The position numbers and the translations under genes were made by a program. A stretch of DNA of 64,000 bases. Origin: an uncultured Acidobacteriota bacterium. Lineage in GTDB: Bacteria; Acidobacteriota; Terriglobia; UBA7540. Where the stretch lies: the NCBI GenBank assembly GCA_963804995.1, contig CAWDSK010000005.1, positions 768,001 through 832,000 of the forward strand. Direction: 5' to 3'. Under the pieces are notes generated by a model. That model worked only from the letters and a program-made list of their open reading frames with translations, was not told the origin of the DNA and searched no databases. Of this stretch, positions 39,391 to 48,318 are shown in pieces. Positions within the stretch are counted from its first letter, which is position 1. Each line of letters starts with the position of its first letter.

Positions 39391-39426
39391 ATGAAGCCTC
39401 CTTGAAATCTATCTATCATGAAACTA

Positions 39427-41692
39427 CTAGACCAAAACCACATGTACCAGCTCCGCGATGTGGACAGTGGGCAGGGTGACGATGGCATAATCTCCCTGCA
39501 TTGTAAAGGGAGCCGTCCGTTCCGCGCGCAACAACTCGATCGACTTGACCCGCCGTCCTTCGGGCGCCCGGATCTGTATCACCACGTTTGAAACCGGCAC
39601 AAAATCTTGGCGCATACGGCCGACTGCGGCATCCTTGAATCCCACGTTGGCGAGCACCCAGAGCACCGAATCTCCATTCGGGGCCCGGCGGAGTATCCCG
39701 TAGACCCCTACAGGGGCTGCCATGCGGAACGGCAAGGGCGCATCACTTGCTAAATACCGCACCATGGAACCCAGCAAGCGTTGCAAGCTGGGAACCCGGC
39801 TGGAAGCGTAGTTGATCTCCATACTCCCGGAGACGTAAAGCGTTCTTCCTTTACCGTAGTTGTTCAGCACGATCGCCGGGCCATGCGATTCGCCTTCATG
39901 GTAGTTCCAGTAGTCGGCCAGCAAGGTAGCGCCTTGCCGGAGCTCGAACCTGGACCTGTCGCGGGTCTCCCATCACCAAGGCGCCCTCCTGGTAAGGGGC
40001 CAAGGCCGGATGGGTTGACTTGAGGCGATAAAATGCGTTCGCTTGGCCCTCCAAAGGTTCCCCCTTCATTTCCACGGCCAACAGTTCTGTCAAGGCACCG
40101 CCATCTAGCCGGGGCTCACCTTTTTCGTCGTAGAGACCCGAGTCGTAGGTTGCCAATAGCGCACCGCCTTCTCTGACCCATTTCGTCAGCCGGCGGGCAT
40201 CTTCCTGCTTGATGATGGAGGCGCCACAGAGGGCGATCACGCGCTGGCCTCTTAGCCATTCCTCGGTCAATTCCGTGCTGGGATTCGCGTCCACGCTGAT
40301 GTGCTGATCCAACATCGCGAGCAACATCCCTTCACTCATCGTGATGTTCCAACTATTCCGCCGGGTCCGCCAAAGCTCCAAAGACTCGCGGGTGGGCACG
40401 ATGGACACATAAGGAACAGGAACGCTGTCCTCCTGAAGCGGCTCCAGCCGTCGCATGAGCGCAAAGATTTCCTGCGCGGGGTTCGGGCTGCCATCTCCCA
40501 GACCATATAAAAGGCGGTTCGCCACCGCATAGATGGGAACGTCACCGCCGGCCATATTCACAAACCCCTCCATCCGCACCTCATCGCCATCCTCGAGGTC
40601 CACAACATGCCCGGCCCAGGGTTTCGAGTCAGGGGGCTGATCAATCGATTGCACATCGTAGCTTCCCATGTACATCTGCGCCAATTGCTTTCTCGGACGA
40701 GCCATGGAAGCTCCCATCATGGCCCGCAGCAAGCGCTGATAAGTTTGGTCACTGTACTCAACCATAAAACCTTCAGGGATCTGGTATTGCTTGTAGAGCG
40801 CTCCCGGCCGCCACGTTGCGCCGTTATGGCAGAGCATGAATTTCCTGCTGCCGTGGATAATCTTGCGGAAATCCAGCAGGTCCTCCTGGATGAGCCGGTT
40901 CGCCCACTCATACCAGGCGGTTAAGGCCTTCATATCAGCGTCGCTCGGGAGCTGTTCCAGGTCTCGCACGTCCCGGAGCCGTTCTAGGTTCATGCCGGTC
41001 GATTTCTTGAAATTCTCCCGGCACGAGTCACAAAAGCAGATTCCGCGGTAGTCACTAGGGGAGTCAAAATAGATGCCATCGGTGTCGTGCTGGCAGAGCT
41101 CGCGGACTACGTTGCGCATCCCCTGGCGGTAAGCATCGCCCTGAATGCAAAGATAGCAGGAGTACTTGATGGCGTACTCGCTCCAGATTCCGTAAGGTTT
41201 GCCCTCAGGATCACGCAGGATCCAATCCGCAAATTGGGGTTGCTGATGTGTTAACTCAACGTCCATGAAAGGCATGCCGTAGCCCGTGTAGCAATACAAG
41301 CGCAACCCGGCCTTGCGGCACTCGCGCGATACTTCCTCGATCAAATCTCGATGGCCCAATTCCGGGTGGACCGGGAAGGCCTGGCTCGGATAGTACGCCC
41401 GGTAGCCAATGGGCTGGAACCTCAAGGTGTCTCCGCCTAACTGCACTACGACATCCACCAGTTGCTTCGCGTCGAATTCGATGTGTGGATAGAGCGGAGA
41501 AGAGTAGCCATCAAAATACACCGCGCGCACATAACGAAGCCAGTCTGGTGGCTGGTAGCCATCCGGTGGCACGGTCAAGTCTGACTTGGATGCCGGCACC
41601 TTTGCCGGCCCTCTGTCTGCGCCGGTTCTCGGCCACCTTGCCAATGCCCCGAACCCTGCTGCCGTCTTCTGTAAAAACACCCGGCGTTTCAT
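39427..41692 (-). CDS. Tat-exported putative glycoside hydrolase (GHL6/GH42-like barrel + GATase1-like trimerisation domain); +1 frameshift at ~39947
   Basis: Motifs MKRRVFL, HPELGHRDLIEE, DGIYFD, CFCDSC and WVREGGALLATY. It continues into YGKGRTLY after removing one base. Confidence 0.75.
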
Positions 41693-41908
41693 GCTAAGCA
41701 GCCTCGTGTGGATTTAGTGATTCGCTGATTCGATCTGTGAGAATTAAAAATCCGGTGAAAAGCTGGAAATCTTGGAGTGCGGTTGCCCGGCTACCGCAGT
41801 CAAAGACGCTTTGTGCACTTTCATCCGCAGCGCAGACACCAGGGAGGACTGGGACTTGGTCTTGACCAAGCCCAGCCCGCCCCGGTGTCCAGCGTTAACC
41901 TACGTTCT

Positions 41909-44900
41909 TTAGAAATAAAGCTTCAATGCAAATTGTATTTGCCGTGCTGCGTTGAGGGTGGAACCCACCTGGCCTCCCGAACCCGTGTCAACACCCGATG
42001 AGGGCGCGGAGAAGGTTGGATGGTTGGTTAGATTGAAGAACTCGGCTCGGAACTCCGCCGTCTTGGACTCCGTGATTTTGAAAACCTTGAACAAGGCGAA
42101 GTCTAGGTTCTTCAGACCATTCGCAGTCAGGATGTTCCGGCCTCCCGTCCCATACCGGGTAGCTGCAGGCGGCAAGGCCCACCAGTCCGTCTTGTTACCA
42201 TACAGGGAAGTACAAAGGGAGTTGGCCGTCGTGTAGAACCAGCAATTCACGTTATCGGTTTGGAGGGGAGTGGAAATCACGTCCGGATTCTGGCTCCCCA
42301 CACCCGTATTGGCCTGATCTTCGGTGATGTTCGGGGTATAGGGCAGACCTGTCTGCAGAGTCAGGATGCCGGACATCTCCCATCCCCCTAGAATGTGATT
42401 AGACACTCCGTGCAAGTTGCTCAGATAGTGCCGGCCTTGCCCAAAGGGCAGTTGATAGTCGTAACTGAGTGCGGCAGTGTGAGCGCGGTTCAGGTCGCAC
42501 ACCGCCCGCCAATACGGTATAAGGAGCGTGGTCGCGGCGCCGCCCTCGTTTGATCCGTTGTCAATGCATTTCGAGTAGGTGTAATTTCCGAGGAGCGACA
42601 ACCCGTGCCAGCGGCGTGCAACCACACTTGCCTGAAGGGCGTTGTAATTGGCCAGGCCACCATACTCGTAATAGGTCATCGGCCCCCACTCGACCAGCGG
42701 GCGCCGCGGCTGGATATTCCCCGGTCCTGGCGGCGGATCGTTGGCGCTTTGGCTGAGCCCTTGATGGTGGCTATTGTTCCCCACATACGCCAGATTGAGT
42801 GACACGGAGGACGTAAGCTCGTGTTGCAGCGAGAAATTATATTCTTGAATATAAGTCATCTTCTGGGAGCCGAACGTCCCGGTCGCGAGAGCCGGGGTAG
42901 AACAATCGAGGGCGGTGAAACCTAAGGGGCAGGGCTGGCCAGGGTTCGGGTTCGGAGTGCCCGCCAAAGGTACGCCCAGGTAGAAGTTCCCCCAACTGCG
43001 GGTGGGAGCGAGCGGTGGCCGGTCGTTGAACTCGGTGTCGGCCGCGGCCAGCGGTGGCACCGATACCGTATTGTTGATCAAATCGTTGTCGGGGTAAACG
43101 TAGAAGATCCCGTAACCCGCGCGCAGCGCCCATTTGTCCTTCCCAAAAGGCTTCCAGGCAAAACCCACCCGTGGGGCAAAATCCTTCTTGTCGGCATTTC
43201 GAACCGAGAGTGGAAGCCCTAGAGATTTGGTGAAAACGTACCGGTCGTGGTACAGGGGCACCAATTCGGCGCTGATGGCTTGGGCGGTCGGATCGAAATT
43301 CGACGGAATGATGATTTGATCCGTTGCCAGGTTGATGCCGCTGAGCTGGCCGCGTTGGCCCGTATAGAAGCCGTTGTCTTCCCAGCGCACACCCACATTC
43401 AGCGTTAAGTTGCTGGTGGCCCGGAAATAGTCCTGGAAAAAGAGGGCAGGAAAATTGCCATAGCTTCCCAGCAAGGGTTGACCGCCATCGCGACCGCTGC
43501 TGGTCGGCACACCCAGCAGGAAGTCAGCAAAAGCGTCTCCCGTGTAGGTCCCCACGAAGCCGAAATCGCCCTGCGTCTCACTGCCATTCTTGAACCCGAG
43601 GATATTGTGATATAGCTGAAAGCCCATCTTAATGTCGTGCTTGCCGCTGTTGTAGGTAATCATGTCGGCATATTCGTAGGTGCGCACGTGGTTTGATTTC
43701 GGCAGGTTGTTGCTGGGCGAGCCGTCAAAGCCCGTGTAGCCGTTCAAATCGATTTCCGGGAATCCCCCGAAAAGCTGAAGATCGAAGCCCTGGTAATTCG
43801 CCTCGGATGCCTGGGAGAAATTCGTCGATTGCAGCGGCGCCGAGAACAGGAACATCATGCGGTAATAACCGAAGCGGGCTTCATTGAGCCAATGGGCATT
43901 GAAAACGTGGGTGTCTACCAGCGTGAAGTCCTGGCCGCGGGAATGATCCTGGAGAATACCAAGAGCTGGAAATCTGTCAGGGTTGGCCTCTGTGTTATCC
44001 ATGATTGAATACCGGCCCATTAGCCGATTTTGGGAAGTGAGATTCTCATCGATCTTGATATCGCCTTTCGCCGTGTTCAGCGCCATGCGGTTGCCGAAGA
44101 CGGCCCGCGAAGTGGTCCCTTGCAGGAGGTTAGGCTCCGGCAGGTAACCCAGGAAGAAATTCGCCTGTGGAGAAAACAAGGGCGTGGTGGAAGTCGTGGG
44201 AAGGGAGACGATGTTGCCGGGGAAGGGTGCGTAGGGGGTAGGGGTTGAGAACGGGTTCAGCAATTGAGTCCCGTTCGTGCAGACCCCAGCCGTGAAGGTG
44301 CTGCACAACTCGCTGAAATCTCCTTGCCTCTCCGCCATGCTGGGAACGACGTTGCTGGCTACCAAGGCCTGCCTAACCATAGTCTCTTCATAATCGGCGA
44401 AGAAAAAGGTCTTATCGCGCTTGATCGGCCCACCCACCGTGCCGCCAAACTGATTGCGTCGCATGATGTCCTTGGTGTAGTGGGAACCCGCAGGGGCCTG
44501 AAAGAAGAAGTTGCGAGCGTCGAGCTTGTCATTGCGCAGGAACTCGAACACGTCGCCATGGAACTGGTTCGTGCCACTTTTGATGGTGGCGGTCACAGTC
44601 GTTGGCGTGCGACCGAACTGGGCACCCATGTTGCCGCTTTCCACCTTGAATTCCTGAATGGCGTCGACATTGGGCTGGACTTCCGTGCCGCCCAGTTGGA
44701 CTTCTGTGATGTTCGAGCCATCCAGAGTCCAACCTGTCTTCATGGTATCTGATCCGTTAACCGTTACGTTCACGGCCCTCGCCCGGATAGCAGTAAGCCC
44801 GTTGTAAGGATTGGACCCGCCGGGGGTGTAATTGGCGCCCGGCGTAAGGGCCGTGAGTTGCCAGAAGGCGCGACCGTTTAAGGGAGCGTTGTCCAGGATT

Positions 44901-45322
44901 TGTCTTTCCACCACTTGGCCGACTTCAGCCGTGGTGGTGGCGAGCAGAGGTGCGGCCGTGGTTACAGTGACCTCTTGGGTGGTTGCGCCGACTTGTAGTA
45001 CGGGATCAATTTTAGCGCTCTGCCCAATTTCCAATTGAAAATCCGGGATCGTCGTGGTCTTGAACCCTTGCACTGTCACGGTCAGTGAGTAGTGAGCCAC
45101 GTCCAGGTTCGGAATTGTGTAATCTCCGCTGGAGTCCGTTTTTAGAATTCGTACGGCTCCCGTGCCGAGGTTCTTAAGAGTTACCGTTGCGTTGGGAACC
45201 ACTGCACCGCTCGTGTCCTTCACGGTCCCAACGAGAGTTGCCAGGTTTAGTTGCGCTAGAAGAGTTACACTGCACAAGAACAGGAACAGCAAAAACACAC
45301 CTATCTTTGTATGCTGCGACAT
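41909..45322 (-). CDS. TonB-dependent receptor (Oar-like, carboxypeptidase-regulatory N-domain)
   Basis: Motifs GTVKDTSGAVVP, PLNGR, KSGTNQFHG..FEFLRN, RNQFGG and FAPRVGFAW, with C-terminal RQIQFALKLYF. Confidence 0.95.
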   Translation of the reverse strand: MSQHTKIGVFLLFLFLCSVTLLAQLNLATLVGTVKDTSGAVVPNATVTLKNLGTGAVRILKTDSSGDYTIPNLDVAHYSLTVTVQGFKTTTIPDFQLEIGQSAKIDPVLQVGATTQEVTVTTAAPLLATTTAEVGQVVERQILDNAPLNGRAFWQLTALTPGANYTPGGSNPYNGLTAIRARAVNVTVNGSDTMKTGWTLDGSNITEVQLGGTEVQPNVDAIQEFKVESGNMGAQFGRTPTTVTATIKSGTNQFHGDVFEFLRNDKLDARNFFFQAPAGSHYTKDIMRRNQFGGTVGGPIKRDKTFFFADYEETMVRQALVASNVVPSMAERQGDFSELCSTFTAGVCTNGTQLLNPFSTPTPYAPFPGNIVSLPTTSTTPLFSPQANFFLGYLPEPNLLQGTTSRAVFGNRMALNTAKGDIKIDENLTSQNRLMGRYSIMDNTEANPDRFPALGILQDHSRGQDFTLVDTHVFNAHWLNEARFGYYRMMFLFSAPLQSTNFSQASEANYQGFDLQLFGGFPEIDLNGYTGFDGSPSNNLPKSNHVRTYEYADMITYNSGKHDIKMGFQLYHNILGFKNGSETQGDFGFVGTYTGDAFADFLLGVPTSSGRDGGQPLLGSYGNFPALFFQDYFRATSNLTLNVGVRWEDNGFYTGQRGQLSGINLATDQIIIPSNFDPTAQAISAELVPLYHDRYVFTKSLGLPLSVRNADKKDFAPRVGFAWKPFGKDKWALRAGYGIFYVYPDNDLINNTVSVPPLAAADTEFNDRPPLAPTRSWGNFYLGVPLAGTPNPNPGQPCPLGFTALDCSTPALATGTFGSQKMTYIQEYNFSLQHELTSSVSLNLAYVGNNSHHQGLSQSANDPPPGPGNIQPRRPLVEWGPMTYYEYGGLANYNALQASVVARRWHGLSLLGNYTYSKCIDNGSNEGGAATTLLIPYWRAVCDLNRAHTAALSYDYQLPFGQGRHYLSNLHGVSNHILGGWEMSGILTLQTGLPYTPNITEDQANTGVGSQNPDVISTPLQTDNVNCWFYTTANSLCTSLYGNKTDWWALPPAATRYGTGGRNILTANGLKNLDFALFKVFKITESKTAEFRAEFFNLTNHPTFSAPSSGVDTGSGGQVGSTLNAARQIQFALKLYF

Positions 45323-45422
45323 AGAATTCCCTCCTGTGATGGAAAGACCGTCCCGACGCTATTGCAAGCAATGTGGAAGCCCCGCGCCGCTGGAGAAACG
45401 CTTCCGGAGTATGCCCCCTGCT

Positions 45423-45437
45423 ACAATTGCCGTGCCA
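45423..45437 (-). promoter_or_regulatory. Candidate sigma54 promoter of the TonB receptor
   Basis: TGGCACGGCAATTGT has a perfect -24 box and TTGT at -12, 100 bp upstream of the ATG. Confidence 0.5.
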
Positions 45438-45886
45438 AGCTGACCAGCGAGGCAATCTGGCTATTTCTCTCGGCGGGGCGGGGTGAGTTGGATCATGAGG
45501 GTGGCGGCTAAAAATAACTTCCGCCTGGCATACATTCTCCCTTCCCCACATGAAGTGGGTAGCGTCATGGAGAGACCACGAGTTGAGGCACCGCAGCCAA
45601 CCAGTCAACGGGATCGGTGCTTATAAGAAGCCACAGATGCACGTGATCGGCTCTGGGCGAACACTGTAAGAACGAATACGTGTGAACACATCCTCGACGC
45701 ATAGTCTTCACCAGTACGTTATAGGCCCCCGTATACCATAACTTGATTTGAGTTACAAGAGAAACTAGGTCAGTTCTCTAGGGTGAATACGTTTACTCCC
45801 AACCACTCCCCCATCGGTTCGGGACAGGTTCCGGTCAGTGCGACGATTGCCTTGGTTGTGATTCCTTTTGCCCTGGCAAAAATGCA

Positions 45887-47380
45887 TCAGTGCCTATCGG
45901 AGGTTGCATGTCCGGTTGTATCCACCAGGTACAGCACCGCGTCTCCACTGAAGGGCGGAGTAAACGATTGGGAGGGTGATCCAGCGGAAATGGAATCTTT
46001 GAGGATGGTAGCCCCGGTGGAGGGGTTGAACCACTCTACCGCCAATTTGCGTGAAGCCGGCATCGCCGAGAGATCTACCATGAACGAACCGCCCGCAGGA
46101 GCGTAAACCAGGTATTCGGAGCCTGCGGACTGGGTCTGGGCGAGACAATATCCTGTCGAGGACAGGGAGTTCTGCGGAGTGACACGGGCCAAATTCAACT
46201 TACGCGAGTAGTTCAAAATGTATCCCAGGTTGTCGCGGAAATTGTCATAGCGCGTATCCGGCCCGCTGCAAATCATGTTGACCGGAGAAGCACACAGATT
46301 CCGGCTCTCGCGCGGGTAATAGATGAGATAGGGGTCCATGAACAGCACTTGACTGCCGTTCAGGAAGTTCTGCCAGGCATAATTGCGGTTCTGTTGCGGT
46401 GTGTCGTTCCACATCCCGAAGTTGGAATGATCGCTGTCATTGATGTTGACCTTGCAAGCCGGCTTCCCACTTCCGCAGGAGCTGACCGGCGAAATCCGGG
46501 CTTCCGGCGCAACCCAGTCCGCGTCAGAGTTGTAAATGATGCTATCGGGAGATCCGACCGGTCCCGCGTACCCGATGGGGTGCTGGTGCGGCTTCTTGGA
46601 TTCATAGGCTCGAATATGAGCGATCTGGTGATCGTTCCACCACGTGGAATTCGTGGGACCTTCCTCGGACACGATCCAGAGCACGTTGGGCAAATCGTTT
46701 AAGGTGTCGATCACCTTTTCCACATAGGCGTCCTGGAACCTGGTGATGGCATTGGGCGCGGTCACGGTAACAGCGCCGACTCCCTGCTTCGAGTTGCCGG
46801 AGTAGCCGTCGTCGACACCATTGATGTTATTGGCTCCGGTGAAAGGGTACCCGTCCGTTGAGCTACGGAAAATGTTGAGAAACTCCCCGGAGAAAAGATA
46901 GACACCGACGTAGATGCCGGCATTCTGCAGCGCCTTGACACGCTCGCGCAGGCGATCGAAATAGCTGGGGTCCAATTTCGTGAGATCGAATTTCAGGCCG
47001 CCGTCCGTGGCGATCCCGGGACCTGTCCGGAGCCACGGGTGGGGGCTGACGATCAGGTCTGGCGGAGAACTCACAGTACTCGGGAACCCGGAAAACTTCG
47101 GTAATTCCGTATACCACAGCAACGTAAAGTTGTGCCCGTGCGCCGTGAGGAAGCGGACGTAAGCATCGAAATCGATGGCGCGCAGGGACCCGTCGCTGCC
47201 CCAATCCTGAAGCGTGTTCCAGGTCTGAGATCCGTTCAGAATCAGGAGCTTGCCATCCGCGTCCTGGAAGTAATGGGGATTCGCGGAGACGACCAGCGGC
47301 CCCGTGATGTGGGCGGTTGCGGGCAGTGCTGTGGCCGGCACGAGTGCGCTCAAAAGGAGAGCAAGAAAGAGTTTCAACAT
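45887..47380 (-). CDS. Secreted putative glycoside hydrolase (DUF6298/DUF4038-like) with collagen-binding-like C-domain
   Basis: Signal peptide, NPHYF, FDLTKLDPSYFDRL, LNDLPNVLW, DSDH and EWFNPSTG. Confidence 0.75.
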   Translation of the reverse strand: MLKLFLALLLSALVPATALPATAHITGPLVVSANPHYFQDADGKLLILNGSQTWNTLQDWGSDGSLRAIDFDAYVRFLTAHGHNFTLLWYTELPKFSGFPSTVSSPPDLIVSPHPWLRTGPGIATDGGLKFDLTKLDPSYFDRLRERVKALQNAGIYVGVYLFSGEFLNIFRSSTDGYPFTGANNINGVDDGYSGNSKQGVGAVTVTAPNAITRFQDAYVEKVIDTLNDLPNVLWIVSEEGPTNSTWWNDHQIAHIRAYESKKPHQHPIGYAGPVGSPDSIIYNSDADWVAPEARISPVSSCGSGKPACKVNINDSDHSNFGMWNDTPQQNRNYAWQNFLNGSQVLFMDPYLIYYPRESRNLCASPVNMICSGPDTRYDNFRDNLGYILNYSRKLNLARVTPQNSLSSTGYCLAQTQSAGSEYLVYAPAGGSFMVDLSAMPASRKLAVEWFNPSTGATILKDSISAGSPSQSFTPPFSGDAVLYLVDTTGHATSDRH

Positions 47381-47433
47381 AGCAAACGGAGTATAGGGTG
47401 TACGGTCCCAGAACTCAACTCAGCCCAGTTTCC

Positions 47434-48177
47434 GGTAGCGGGTCAATTTGATTTCGTAGCGGCGAGTTTACCTCGCCATATGGCGGCGTCCCGATCTGAT
47501 CGGGGCGACGGAGGGGTTCAAATTCTGTGCTTGACTTTGTTTACTTTTGAGGTATAATCTTAATCGTACTGTGTGGTCCGGCTCGGCAGGAAGGCTCGGA
47601 AAGGGCAAGGCAGGGCCGGGCAATTGGGCAGGAAGGGAGTTATGTAGTCGCAGCCACACAAGGATTTCGTGGCGCCTTTATGTCTGACCAAGGCGCCTTT
47701 CTCCCAAAGCTGAGAACATACTGAAAACAAAGGGCCGGGAGAGAGAAATTTCGTTTCCCAAAGCTGAGAACATCCTGAAAACAAACCCACTTACAAGACC
47801 TACCAAAAACTGGAAATCGTCTAGACAAAATGTCCTACAGAAAAAACCTTTTTCCTCGCCCCAGGCTCACCGTTAAGCCGCCGTTTACTATCTAACTGGG
47901 CTACATTGGTTCGCCCCCGCGGAGCGGGTTCTCACCTCGGCGCCACTCCCGTTATCCAGCCCGAGAGGGGGGACACGATCAAGCCCCGGGCGAAGGCTGG
48001 ACAATATCCTGCCCCTCATGCGCCGGCCCATGGACGGTCTTCCTTTTGAGAATCACCTACTGCGTCGGAAGTTTGGGAAGTGGGTCAATTTGATTTCGAG
48101 TTCACCTCGCCATATGGCGGCGTCCCGATCTGATCGGGATGAATGCCGCCGCCTCTACATCAAATTGACCCGCTACC
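47434..48177. mobile_element. 744-bp non-autonomous element with perfect 19-bp TIRs
   Basis: GGTAGCGGGTCAATTTGAT at 47434-47452 and its reverse complement at 48159-48177. The flanks are CAGTTTCC and CAGTTTTC. An inner left-end copy lies at 48076-48094. Confidence 0.7.
47531..47558 (+). promoter_or_regulatory. Near-consensus sigma70 promoter
   Basis: TTGACT-N16-TATAAT. Confidence 0.6.
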
Positions 48178-48318
48178 CAGTTTTCTTCCCCGGCATTGTG
48201 CCCAAGGCACAAGATCCCACCTCTCCCCGCGCGGCGGGAAGCAAAAGATTGTTTACTCCCAGGCGCAGGGAGACCACAATAGATATTGCAGATTATCGAA
48301 CGAGGAAAATCGCCCTTG

